From a virus (lineage: Duplodnaviria; Caudoviricetes): a stretch of 62,711 nucleotides of DNA. The stretch lies in the IMG/VR virus record IMGVR_UViG_3300020123_000077, positions 1 through 62,711 of that record, one strand, 5' to 3'. Below, in pieces: positions 36,473 through 45,240 of this stretch. Below the pieces are notes generated by a model, which made no database searches, was not told where the DNA came from, and saw only the letters and a program-made list of their open reading frames with translations. A program made the position numbers and the translations under genes. Numbering within the stretch: the stretch's first letter is position 1; the number at the start of each line of letters is the position of its first letter.

Positions 36473-36738
36473 TCATTTGCGAGCATGTCGGATTGACTTG
36501 CAAGCCAACCTATTAGGATTTCTCCTGTTGCTGTCTTCATTGTTATGCATGGCAATACGTCTGCTATGCCTCCATTTTCTTCTGCGTATTTGCGATTATG
36601 CTCACACCAAAACTTATCTGCGGCAAGCGATTTAAATCCAGGTGAGTATGCCAGCCACATATTTTTTCCATTCCAACCGGCGCGAGCAACTCTTTGACCA
36701 GATTTAAGCATTTGAAGCGCTTGTGAAAATGTATACAT
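36457..36738 (-). CDS. tad2: DUF2829/Tad2-like anti-defence nucleotide-sponge protein
   Basis: FSQAL..LK.G.RVARAGWNGK.MWL...GWLASQSDMLANDW signature. Confidence 0.8.
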   Translation of the reverse strand: MYTFSQALQMLKSGQRVARAGWNGKNMWLAYSPGFKSLAADKFWCEHNRKYAEENGGIADVLPCITMKTATGEILIGWLASQSDMLANDWVLL

Positions 36739-36746
36739 AACAATCC

Positions 36747-37835
36747 TTAAATAAAATTTCTATGATCAGCACCATTAACCACATCATTCAAATACATATT
36801 CACTGAATTCATGCGGCATGACTTGCGGCACGTGGCGATGTTAAAGTTTTTCATCATTTCAAAACACTCTCGACGTTTTTCACCTTCCCATATTTCCTTA
36901 AACGTATTCTGATTAATATTTCCAATCATGAAACGCTCATCATTCAAGTGTGCCGAGCATGCGGATACGTCGCCGTTCTCGGCGATGTAAGCCCAAAAGA
37001 AACTGGTAGCCATGCATTTTGTATAGGGTATTGATTCGCTGACCGCCTTCATGCTTGACGCTCTGAAAACAACATGGAAATGTTTTGTATTGAGTGCTTC
37101 TAGTTCTTTTTCTAACGCGCCATATTTACTGTAATCAATCACCATTGTGTTGATCGAGAAAAGACCCTGGCTGTATGGCTTAATTACAAGATAGTCAACA
37201 CCATAATCCCTACAACGCTTTGCCAATGCGATCATGTCATTACTATTTTCAGGAAGTAAAACACATTGAACGCCGATAGAGCAAGGTAGATTATTTTCAT
37301 TTCGGAATGCTACCGCCTCCGTAATATTTCCCCAAACTTTATCCCAATCTTTTTCTTTGGTATCGTGAATTTTTGCGTAGCTTTCACGCGTGCCAGCATT
37401 CAATGAAACCTTTATCCATGTCGAATGACGCACAATGTCTTGCTTGAATATTGTCAAATTTGTCGTGAACGCAACGTCAATTCCAACTTTATACGCATGC
37501 TCTGCCATGCTTGGCACTGCCTTATTGAGCAGCGATTCCCCTGCCCCGGCCATCATGATAGACTTGACACCAAGAGATGCCATTTCAGACAATCTTGATT
37601 TCATTATTTCTTCATCAAGCTTAGGAATATTTTTTGCTATTTTGTTTGCCTCAAGGATGGTGTCAACCGCGCAGAACGAGCAACTGTGATTACAACCCCC
37701 TATCGGCGATACCTCAACATAGATTGGATAGATTGATTTAGCAGTCTCCCACTCGTCCTTATTGTCCAGCCATTGAACGACTCGATGTGGATGCAGAGAA
37801 ATTTTCTCGCCATCAATCCTGTACTTATCAGTCAT
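36747..37835 (-). CDS. Radical SAM enzyme with SPASM/twitch domain
   Basis: CNHSCSFC; GAGESL; C...GDVSACS...IGNI...CRKSC. Confidence 0.92.
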   Translation of the reverse strand: MTDKYRIDGEKISLHPHRVVQWLDNKDEWETAKSIYPIYVEVSPIGGCNHSCSFCAVDTILEANKIAKNIPKLDEEIMKSRLSEMASLGVKSIMMAGAGESLLNKAVPSMAEHAYKVGIDVAFTTNLTIFKQDIVRHSTWIKVSLNAGTRESYAKIHDTKEKDWDKVWGNITEAVAFRNENNLPCSIGVQCVLLPENSNDMIALAKRCRDYGVDYLVIKPYSQGLFSINTMVIDYSKYGALEKELEALNTKHFHVVFRASSMKAVSESIPYTKCMATSFFWAYIAENGDVSACSAHLNDERFMIGNINQNTFKEIWEGEKRRECFEMMKNFNIATCRKSCRMNSVNMYLNDVVNGADHRNFI

Positions 37836-37999
37836 AGTCCAACCCTCTTGAGAGCACGGTCTATTGCCTGACGCATGAATTGAACGATGGTGGTATTTTC
37901 TTGTTGCTTGGCTTTTTTCAAGCGAGCCAACATTGACGCTGGAATCCAGTAATTGGTTCTTACCAGCTTGTCTTTTGTTTCTGTGCGTTTATTTTCCAT
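37832..37999 (-). CDS. Ribbon-helix-helix transcriptional regulator
   Basis: VRTNYWIP strand followed by LARLK and FMRQAIDRAL helices; likely start ATG at 37999. Confidence 0.7.
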   Translation of the reverse strand: MENKRTETKDKLVRTNYWIPASMLARLKKAKQQENTTIVQFMRQAIDRALKRVGL

Positions 38000-38005
38000 T
38001 CTGGA

Positions 38006-38033
38006 AATATAGCACATAGGCGGAATTTATCAA
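38006..38033 (-). promoter_or_regulatory. Sigma70-type promoter of the sugar operon
   Basis: TTGATA-N16-TATATT with extended TG; 6 nt before the ATG at 37999. Confidence 0.55.
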
Positions 38034-38056
38034 ACATTTTTATGACGAAAAACAAT

Positions 38057-38446
38057 TTATTTTTCTTGAGTATCTTTCTCGTCTTTTTTCTTGCCAATCA
38101 TGCTGGGCGCACACAAATGCATAGCAACTAAAACCGTCACCGCGCAATTTCCTCCCATGGCAAAAGCGCGGAAGAATAATACTTTAAGCCAATTAAGTAT
38201 AGTCACAAGTTTCTCCCATAACCAATAACCAGCATATCCACAGAGCAGAATAGCTACGCAGATTGCAACACGAAAACAGTCCCATATTGCATTAAGTAAG
38301 ACAAGTGGATTGAGAAATTGTTTCATATCATCACCACTGCCTATCTTCTGCATCATCCAAAGACTCGGGCTCTTTGTTCGTGGTTTTAATCCACTTATTG
38401 CCAAAGCATAGATACTGCATCTGTCGCCAAAACCAGTTAGGTTCAT
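38057..38446 (-). CDS. Hypothetical membrane protein (likely start near 38326)
   Basis: Hydrophobic segments after MKQFLNPL. Confidence 0.4.
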   Translation of the reverse strand: MNLTGFGDRCSIYALAISGLKPRTKSPSLWMMQKIGSGDDMKQFLNPLVLLNAIWDCFRVAICVAILLCGYAGYWLWEKLVTILNWLKVLFFRAFAMGGNCAVTVLVAMHLCAPSMIGKKKDEKDTQEK

Positions 38447-38549
38447 TTCCTTTATTTGGCGTCCAAACTAAATCTCGACCAGAGCCAAACATCTCGCATT
38501 CCCATTCGCCTTGTTCTATCTGCTTAAAAGTACATTGTTCCATATTCAT
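38331..38549 (-). CDS. Hypothetical protein
   Basis: AAGGA RBS; PNWFWR.MQYL.FG..W phage-type motif. Confidence 0.55.
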   Translation of the reverse strand: MNMEQCTFKQIEQGEWECEMFGSGRDLVWTPNKGNEPNWFWRQMQYLCFGNKWIKTTNKEPESLDDAEDRQW

Positions 38550-38599
38550 TCCTTCCTTTGTGCTGCTTCAGTCATCATTTTTCGCATATCATGAAAACT

Positions 38600-39199
38600 T
38601 TACTTGCCATTGCTTGACTCCTTTAATTTCCAGTCCCTAAATTCATTAAAATGCGTATCGCATAATGGAAGAGTGCGAGTTGACTCTGAAAGTGAAACCG
38701 GCGCACCGCATATATTGCATTTACGATCAATTGCTATATCCTGCCCCTGCTCCTTCGCTGGCATCAACTCATCAATTCCAATTTCTTGCGATAGACCGTA
38801 AAATTCTTGCAACTTGTTCGCTGGCTCGGCGGTGTCGCTCTCAAGCCAATTCAGCAAACCATCCTTACCGCAAAAGCATCTATCGAACTCGCCGCCATCA
38901 TTGTGAAGAAAACAGTTATCGTCATGAGGTGTAGAGCGAATGCGTTCAATTGCAGCTTCCAGCTTCGCCACCACTTCCTTATCAGCCTGTGGCGATGGTG
39001 GGGGAGATGCGAGTAATGAAGCTATTTGTAATACAAGTTGTCTTTCACTGCGACCATGCACTTTCTTCCAGCCGTGACGAATGACATCAACCGCATCATC
39101 TAGCGTCAGATCATCGCGTTCGTTTGCATGCCATGACAAAGCTTCAACGATATGCGGCGATCCATGCGCTTGCTCGACAGGGTCTTTGTCGTTATTCAT
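38600..39199 (-). CDS. Hypothetical early protein
   Basis: Operonic; Cys/His clusters (HDDNC...CFCG; CNICG...CDTH). Confidence 0.55.
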   Translation of the reverse strand: MNNDKDPVEQAHGSPHIVEALSWHANERDDLTLDDAVDVIRHGWKKVHGRSERQLVLQIASLLASPPPSPQADKEVVAKLEAAIERIRSTPHDDNCFLHNDGGEFDRCFCGKDGLLNWLESDTAEPANKLQEFYGLSQEIGIDELMPAKEQGQDIAIDRKCNICGAPVSLSESTRTLPLCDTHFNEFRDWKLKESSNGK

Positions 39200-39458
39200 G
39201 ATTATCCTTGGTAGATAGCCAAATCATCATGGCTAAGTTTGCAGTATCAATACAGCTTTTCTTATCACGGTTCACAGTGGCTGACGCAGCATTGCTAAGT
39301 AGTCGCTCTTCAATATTTGGTGAGCAGTTATCCCATCCATGCCAACCAGCCTTGCGTTTAGTTCCCATGCGAGCTTTCATTGCAGATGCAAATTCATCAA
39401 TTGCGGCATCAATTGTTGCCTGCTCTGAAAGTCTCGGTTGTTTAAGTTTGGTTATCAT
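39192..39458 (-). CDS. Conserved phage helical protein (possibly all-alpha NTP-pyrophosphohydrolase-like)
   Basis: FASAMK.RM..KR..GW.GW...IDTANLAMMIW motif; ATG coupled to the upstream stop. Confidence 0.45.
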   Translation of the reverse strand: MITKLKQPRLSEQATIDAAIDEFASAMKARMGTKRKAGWHGWDNCSPNIEERLLSNAASATVNRDKKSCIDTANLAMMIWLSTKDNHE

Positions 39459-39736
39459 TTCGTTTCTTCCTTCGCAGGTTGTGCAGGTATGTCGTAAAAC
39501 AATGGTATTTTTTTGTACTTCACAATTGTGTGCGTTTCCCATTTAATAGGCGTGGCAAACTCTAAGCGTCGTTTTTCAAGATCAATGTATGCGATTGGCC
39601 CATCCAGTTTTCGACGGTGCGCTTGATGGAGAATAGACTTTAAATACTGTTCATTTTTTATTTCTTTTTCCGAAGACAATCTCTCAAGTATTGCATAATC
39701 TATCTCTGATAATAGAAGGGTAACTGCCCTCATCAT
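39455..39736 (-). CDS. Hypothetical protein
   Basis: Coupled ORF in the early leftward operon. Confidence 0.5.
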   Translation of the reverse strand: MMRAVTLLLSEIDYAILERLSSEKEIKNEQYLKSILHQAHRRKLDGPIAYIDLEKRRLEFATPIKWETHTIVKYKKIPLFYDIPAQPAKEETK

Positions 39737-40167
39737 TTACCGCCTTTCTCAGCAGGTATGGATTGCAAAGCACGGATAGATTCCGCGCATTTTCTTAATG
39801 CAGTTCCGCCAAACTCAGGCTCTCTACCCTCACTAGAGCGAAGGCACTCTGTTGCAGCATCTCTTAATCCAGATAATCTACCGGACTTGTAGTCGCTTAT
39901 TTGTGATTGATTTACTAGCTGCTGGTAATATCTACTGCGATCTGCCTGCGCCTTCTCCAATCTATCCTCAAGCTCTGCTATGCGATCACAGGCATCAGCA
40001 AATAACTTGATGCGCATTTCGTTTGCTTTGTCCTTTTCCTGATTGACGAGAGATTCAATAGAGCGAGCAAATCCCATCATGTAGAAATTATTTTTCGTTT
40101 TATCCTCTTCAACATGGCTAATGTGCCTGCACACAACGTCAATAATCTGTTTTTCGGTTAGCATCAC
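39733..40167 (-). CDS. Hypothetical coiled-coil protein
   Basis: Coupled ORF; RIAELE coiled coil. Confidence 0.55.
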   Translation of the reverse strand: MMLTEKQIIDVVCRHISHVEEDKTKNNFYMMGFARSIESLVNQEKDKANEMRIKLFADACDRIAELEDRLEKAQADRSRYYQQLVNQSQISDYKSGRLSGLRDAATECLRSSEGREPEFGGTALRKCAESIRALQSIPAEKGGK

Positions 40168-40472
40168 TTCTCCCCTTGTGCGCTGTCTTTGGATTGTTGG
40201 ATAAGATGATCAAGCATATTTTTGATATATTCATCCGATCTGATATTTCCATATACATCGCTTCTCGCAATTAACTGAATAATTTCATTCTCGTCAAATG
40301 AAGTATTGCAATTTTCAAGAAGAATATTGAATCGAGCTGCATCCCTCTCGCACTTCTCAAGCTTATCGCGCAGTGCTGCTACTTCGGCAAGGTGGTCTTC
40401 GTAAAAAACAACGCTTCCATTTTCAGAAAAGTCTAAGCCGCCATCTCTACATACATATCGATCAATCATCAT
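40164..40472 (-). CDS. Hypothetical protein
   Basis: G.VV.YED...ERDAARF phage-type motif. Confidence 0.55.
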   Translation of the reverse strand: MMIDRYVCRDGGLDFSENGSVVFYEDHLAEVAALRDKLEKCERDAARFNILLENCNTSFDENEIIQLIARSDVYGNIRSDEYIKNMLDHLIQQSKDSAQGEK

Positions 40473-40598
40473 CTTCCTTTATCTCGCCAATCAAAGTAAT
40501 AGGCGCATCACATATCTCGCAAATATCATCTAGCCCGATACCATGAGGACATACAGTCTCATCCAAAGCATCGGTTAGATCGTCTATGTAGTCAGTGG

Positions 40599-40889
40599 TC
40601 ATCTTTTTACTTTGTATATCGCTGGCTTGTTATGAGCCTGCATGCATAAAATAACCTTTTCTTCTCTTGCTAATTCCTGAAGCCTGTCACGGATAGAGTA
40701 TTGGCTTTTGTTGAAATGCTCTGCTACTTGCAAAGCATTTGCACCATCATTCGTTTTGAGAAAGTGCAAAATTTCCTTTTTCAGTTCCTCACGTCTGGCA
40801 TTGACTTTTTCGGAAGCGTCCATTACTACTTCAGGCTTGTACTGTGCTGCTAGAAGTAGTTGATTTAAGGTGAATTGAATCGGTGACAT
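40599..40889 (-). CDS. Winged-helix DNA-binding protein
   Basis: ILHFLK...ALQVAEHF..S..SIRDRL.EL pattern. Confidence 0.6.
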   Translation of the reverse strand: MSPIQFTLNQLLLAAQYKPEVVMDASEKVNARREELKKEILHFLKTNDGANALQVAEHFNKSQYSIRDRLQELAREEKVILCMQAHNKPAIYKVKR

Positions 40890-40897
40890 GGAGGCAC

Positions 40898-41569
40898 CTA
40901 TGCAAAAGTCATGCGCTTATGAAGCTTGCGCGTTAGATCAACATCGTTTTGGCAATAAGTTGCGATATCAGAAATACGACCATCGCGCACATAATCCCAA
41001 ACCATAGAGCCGTCAATATCGCCTTTTCCGTCGAGTCCGCATGCTTTTGTGATCTTGTCCAATGAGCCGCCAGCACGAGCGCCCCACCGTTGCATTGTGT
41101 CGTAGACCGATTCATCCCACGGCTTGCAGTTGAACGGCATGTGATAGGATGGCTTGACGCCAAGAACAACGGAACGCTGAAACATAAAACGCAAATCAAA
41201 ATCAATCAGATTGTGGCCGATGAAAACGGGGCGCTCGTTTGGATGCTCCTTGCAAATAGCATCAATCTCATCATAGAAAACTTTTAACATAGCGGCCTCG
41301 TTCGCATGCCAATCAGCATGATATAAAGATTCTGCATCACCAGAATCAACAGCAAAGCCGATCACACAGATATGACCAAGACCGCCATCAAATGAAGTCT
41401 TGCGCCATGCAATTTCGCCTTCTGTTGCCGCGTTTTCAGCCATCCACGCTGCAATTGTGTCTGCCTTTTTATGCGTTGCTGGCGGTTTTATTCCAGCTAA
41501 AATTTCCGCTTTTACTTCTGGCGATTGGCTTGGGCAAGTCTCGATGTCCAGATAAATATTCATGACCAT
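40898..41569 (-). CDS. DEDD 3'-5' exonuclease (PolB exo-like)
   Basis: LDIET, GHNL..FD, YCQNDV motifs; next to the annealing protein. Confidence 0.85.
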   Translation of the reverse strand: MVMNIYLDIETCPSQSPEVKAEILAGIKPPATHKKADTIAAWMAENAATEGEIAWRKTSFDGGLGHICVIGFAVDSGDAESLYHADWHANEAAMLKVFYDEIDAICKEHPNERPVFIGHNLIDFDLRFMFQRSVVLGVKPSYHMPFNCKPWDESVYDTMQRWGARAGGSLDKITKACGLDGKGDIDGSMVWDYVRDGRISDIATYCQNDVDLTRKLHKRMTFA

Positions 41570-42144
41570 TTCCTTTTTAGTTTAATTCCGTCATAAGTTT
41601 TTTTAAGCGCGGTTTTCTGGCGCTCATCTGCCTTACTGTAAGCTGGCGCGAAAATTGATTTCAATCCGTCGAACTCTGATGTTTCTTCCATTGCCATACA
41701 AACATTGTCCATATCAACTTCAGACAAGCCACCAAGCCGCGTTTCTTTTTTTACTGGCTTGTCTTCTTTTTCAGCGCCAGCATCAAGTGCGTCATGTTCG
41801 ACAATCTCCATTGCCGTCACCCATAAATACCGGCGCTGATACGTTTCTACAGCTCCGATATTTTGGACTTCGTGACATCCTTTTAATGCAGCCGAACCCA
41901 TAGGAGAGTAGAATGTAATAAGTTCATCAGGCTTCTCGACATTCCTGATAACCAAGCTGGCCTTATCGCTATCGAATGAAACAGCGCCAAACAAGCCGAA
42001 TTCATCAAAAAGGTTCTGGATTGTCGGTAAGAAATCGCCCAACTCGAAATACTTGTATCCCGCAAATTTGTTGTGACCAGACTTTTCCAGCTTCGTATTC
42101 TGCAGTTTGATCCGTGCCGCTTGCAATCTTTGGTAAACGTTCAT
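41560..42144 (-). CDS. erf: ERF-family ssDNA annealing protein
   Basis: KSG.NKF..YKYFELGDFLP...QNIGAVETYQRRY...D.LD. Confidence 0.85.
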   Translation of the reverse strand: MNVYQRLQAARIKLQNTKLEKSGHNKFAGYKYFELGDFLPTIQNLFDEFGLFGAVSFDSDKASLVIRNVEKPDELITFYSPMGSAALKGCHEVQNIGAVETYQRRYLWVTAMEIVEHDALDAGAEKEDKPVKKETRLGGLSEVDMDNVCMAMEETSEFDGLKSIFAPAYSKADERQKTALKKTYDGIKLKRKWS

Positions 42145-42204
42145 TTTCTTCTCTCTCCATTTTTTCTTGCTGATCAAAAAACATCTGGCCTGATTTACTC
42201 ATGA

Positions 42205-42429
42205 TTACCTCAATCCAATTCTATGCGACCGAGCCAAAGCCGCTTGTTTACGATAGTAAGACTCATTCCTGTGATGTTCTTTCGCCCTACCTGCCTCAAA
42301 GTCTCCGCACATGTTGTAATGATCTTCAATGTGCTTGTAATATATTTGGCGAAGAGGTTTTACAAAACCATCAACACGCAAAGAAATTAACTGTCGCAAA
42401 GTGATTGTTCTCAAGTTGGCATCCTCCAT
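42205..42429 (-). CDS. Hypothetical protein
   Basis: ORF in the early leftward operon. Confidence 0.4.
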   Translation of the reverse strand: MEDANLRTITLRQLISLRVDGFVKPLRQIYYKHIEDHYNMCGDFEAGRAKEHHRNESYYRKQAALARSHRIGLR

Positions 42430-42801
42430 AAAATAAATGCGGCAAACGCAACCAGGGCGGCAAGATCAAGCCAATTCAGATTGATGTTCATAGCATCACC
42501 CCAGTAAGAAATAAATACAATCCAAGCAATCCAACGCATGCGATGATTAAAGTTATCATGTCGTCTTTGTCTAATTCAGTGTCCATTTACTTCTCCATTA
42601 ATTGAAGTTGACCAGCTACTCGCTACGTCTGGCATTGCTTGCAGATTCGTTCTGCCCGTGTTTCACGTGATTACAGCATCCGCTTTTGCTAGCCAACACT
42701 AGGCGACACTTCCAACCAGCTAACGAGGCCAATTGTTCGGTCGTAATCCAAAATGCCGCCAAGTGTTGGTTCTCCGGCCATACCGGAGATGTGAGAGTCA
42801 A

Positions 42802-43164
42802 TTAATCGGCAACCCGACGCCATCCTTCAGGTGCGCTCTCGCGTCCATTGATGACAGCGTAAATGCCCTCTGTTAAGCCAATAGATTCATGCGTATCGAA
42901 ATTACGCAAATGTTCCAATATCGTCTCTGTGGCTTCTGTTGCTTCAACAACTTGCAAATAAGTGACAAGCGGCTCATCGGACGAATAGAAGCTAACATTA
43001 GGTTTTGCTTCAATCACATGATGATGTCCAGTTTCGCTATGCCCAACGATGTACTTTCCGCTCTCTGGCTCTGATTTCTTCGCATCTTGTGGCAACTTGC
43101 AGATGCGGATAATGTAGACTTCACCTTGACGTGCCGCCTGAATTTCTTTGTTAAATTTCTTCAT
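42802..43164 (-). CDS. Conserved partner of DUF6745 proteins (His-rich beta protein)
   Basis: RQGEV...HSETGHHH...H...H..I.L..G.Y...RRVAD; GGAG RBS. Confidence 0.7.
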   Translation of the reverse strand: MKKFNKEIQAARQGEVYIIRICKLPQDAKKSEPESGKYIVGHSETGHHHVIEAKPNVSFYSSDEPLVTYLQVVEATEATETILEHLRNFDTHESIGLTEGIYAVINGRESAPEGWRRVAD

Positions 43165-43173
43165 TTGTTACTC

Positions 43174-44490
43174 CTATGCTGTTAATTGAGGCTTGATAAA
43201 CTTCCCAAGCGACTTGGGAATTGGGAACATCCATTGCTGTGCTTCCAATGCGGTTTTTGCTTTGCTCTGCGTCACAATAATGGCGAATTCACGACCAGTT
43301 GCGCATCTCACTTTCAGAAAACGCTCTCTACCAGAATCCGGCAAATCAACTTCCAGAAGAGTGCCTATTTCTGGATCGCTGTCTTCATCAATCACACGAG
43401 CGTCAAGCTCTTTCAAAATTTTTGTCCATCCAACGATTTCGCATGCAGCGCGACGTTGTTCAATGTTTGCCCATGTGAGCGCTTCCGATGCGCTTGGCGG
43501 CTTGCCAGTTACCCATTCAGGAGGAATTGCTACGCCATGCCAGTGATAGAGACTCCATCCATCACGATATGCAATCGATGGCCCTTTCTCGGAATGCAAT
43601 CGTCCTTGTTGATCACGATGCAGCTCTGATGGACGGTCAGAAATAGCTAAAACATTTTCATGCCACCAAACCCATCCACATGATTTGCAAAGCGCCTCAT
43701 CAATTTCAAATCGTTCAAGCGTTTCGTTTTCCCATCCCATTTGATCACGGAAGAAGCTGACGTATGCGCACCATCCTGCTAGCCATAATTGACCGCCACG
43801 ATAGTTATTAGCGCCGCTCCCCACTTGGCTCCACACTTGGCTCCTCACTTGGCTCCTCACTTGGCTCCACACTTGGCTCTCCACTTGGCTCCTCACTTGG
43901 CTCCCCACTTGGTTCCCCACTTGGCTCCTCACTTGGCTCCACACTTGGCTCTCCACTTGGCTCCTCACTTGGCTCCCCACTTGGCTCTCCACTTGGCTCC
44001 ACACTTGGCTCCCCACTTGGCTCCTCACTTGGCTCCACACTTGGTTCCCCACTTGGCTCCTCACTTGGCTCCACACTTGGCTCCACACTTGGCTCTCCAC
44101 TTGGCTCCACACTTGGCTCCCCACTTGGCTCCTCACTTGGCTCTCCACTTGGCTCCTCGCTTGGCTCCACACTTGGCTCTCCACTTGGCTCCTCACTTGG
44201 CTCCCCACTTGGCTCTCCACTTGGCTCCACACTTGGCTCCTCACTTGCGCACCAAGTTCTTTCAGCATCATCCATGCGTATGCGCCGCCAAGCGTTGCAG
44301 CCATCGGACTACCCATACGAAGTACAACCATTGGCTTATCGAGATTGCATAGCTTGTATGCTCTCAAAGCCGCCTCAGTTGCCGTATCGAAATCTGCTGG
44401 CTCAGTTGATAAGCCGATCTTGATCCACTCATCCGACCAATCTTTAAACTTGGCAATTTGTTCTTTGCTGATGCTTGTGATTTTTTTCAC
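43174..44490 (-). CDS. DUF6745-like protein with SQV[W/R/E/G] tetrapeptide repeats
   Basis: SCGWVW...SDRP..LHRD.QGRLH...GP.I.YRDGW.LY.WHGV and N.EQRR motifs. Confidence 0.8.
   Translation of the reverse strand: MKKITSISKEQIAKFKDWSDEWIKIGLSTEPADFDTATEAALRAYKLCNLDKPMVVLRMGSPMAATLGGAYAWMMLKELGAQVRSQVWSQVESQVGSQVRSQVESQVWSQARSQVESQVRSQVGSQVWSQVESQVWSQVWSQVRSQVGNQVWSQVRSQVGSQVWSQVESQVGSQVRSQVESQVWSQVRSQVGNQVGSQVRSQVESQVWSQVRSQVRSQVWSQVGSGANNYRGGQLWLAGWCAYVSFFRDQMGWENETLERFEIDEALCKSCGWVWWHENVLAISDRPSELHRDQQGRLHSEKGPSIAYRDGWSLYHWHGVAIPPEWVTGKPPSASEALTWANIEQRRAACEIVGWTKILKELDARVIDEDSDPEIGTLLEVDLPDSGRERFLKVRCATGREFAIIVTQSKAKTALEAQQWMFPIPKSLGKFIKPQLTA
43819..44250 (-). repeat. 12-bp tandem repeat, 36 units (AGCCAAGTG plus TGG/AGG/GAG/GGG)
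   Basis: Directly visible CACTTGGCT array; in frame within the DUF6745-like gene. Confidence 0.97.
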
Positions 44491-44504
44491 TTAATTCCCC
44501 CAAT

Positions 44505-44717
44505 TTAAAATCGTTTGATTAACTGACGCATCACTGGATGCACATGATGATTCTTTTCTGCTCGCATCTTTGCCGCTACCGCATCCCACTTCTCCTGATC
44601 TTCAGCGCTCATTGGAGCAGGCTTCCAACCAAGCTCTGATACCCATTGCTTATGTTCTGCAATGACTTCTTCATCTGTACGATCATCCGAAGGATCGCGG
44701 TCTGGATCGATTCTCAT
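44505..44717 (-). CDS. Hypothetical protein
   Basis: Coupled to the upstream ORF by ATGA. Confidence 0.5.
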   Translation of the reverse strand: MRIDPDRDPSDDRTDEEVIAEHKQWVSELGWKPAPMSAEDQEKWDAVAAKMRAEKNHHVHPVMRQLIKRF

Positions 44718-44905
44718 TTTGAAAATACCTTTGCTAAATCAGCGCGGCGGTCGCATTCTTTTTTTGCACGGTCAAGTCCAAGGCTCTTTCCGATTGTTGC
44801 GTAACGTACTGAAGCAGTGATGCCAGTTTTGTAGACCTCATAAGCCTTGTCTGTTTGTGTTACCCAGAAATCGCCGTTCTCGTAAAGTGGCAATGCTGTC
44901 TTCAT
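44714..44905 (-). CDS. First gene of the leftward early operon, hypothetical
   Basis: GGGAG RBS before the ATG at 44905 (MKTALPLYENG...). Confidence 0.55.
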   Translation of the reverse strand: MKTALPLYENGDFWVTQTDKAYEVYKTGITASVRYATIGKSLGLDRAKKECDRRADLAKVFSK

Positions 44906-44947
44906 GCTTACTCCCGTATGTTCTGTGTTTGGTGATGCGATGTAGAG

Positions 44948-45022
44948 ATTATTATCCAAATAAACCGACATTGCAACAACTTTCTGAAATCTGTTGCAAA
45001 ATAGTTTGATCTGTTTTATGAT
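44948..45022. promoter_or_regulatory. Divergent early promoters with an operator-like inverted repeat
   Basis: Rightward TTGCAA(44994)-N17-TATGAT; leftward TTGCAA(44976)-N17-AATAAT; TTGCAACA-N13-TGTTGCAA covers both -35 boxes. Confidence 0.65.
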
Positions 45023-45048
45023 TAAGACTAGCAAAGGAGAATCACAAT

Positions 45049-45240
45049 ATGGATAAACTTAAATTTGTAAGAGAGCGCTTAGGCGCGTTGAAGTCAAAGA
45101 AGCGCTGGCCTGAATTGTCGTTTATATCAGGAGTATCTAATAGGACACTTTACAACGTCTTTTCATCTGACCATACGCCAGACACAGCAACGATTGAAAA
45201 ACTGCATAATGCTATTAAAGAAATGGGAGCGAGGAAATGA
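45049..45240 (+). CDS. Cro-like HTH regulator
   Basis: 63 aa; ELSFISGVSNRTLYNV...P...TIEKL; first gene after the rightward promoter. Confidence 0.75.
   Translation: MDKLKFVRERLGALKSKKRWPELSFISGVSNRTLYNVFSSDHTPDTATIEKLHNAIKEMGARK

Noticed and set aside
25576-37835. Sugar operon as host-chromosome contamination
   Set aside because: It lies inside a circular phage contig, is interleaved with phage-type genes (HNH, Tad2-like, alpha-CTD-like), and overlaps the end of the giant virion gene.
43819-44250. Repeat array as a CRISPR or DGR element
   Set aside because: The units are contiguous 12-mers without unique spacers, lie in frame within a gene, and no cas or reverse transcriptase gene is present.
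43789-44352. (HLAP)n and (EPS)n ORFs in other frames
   Set aside because: These are by-products of a stop-free 12-bp repeat; only the SQVx frame joins recognisable flanking domains.
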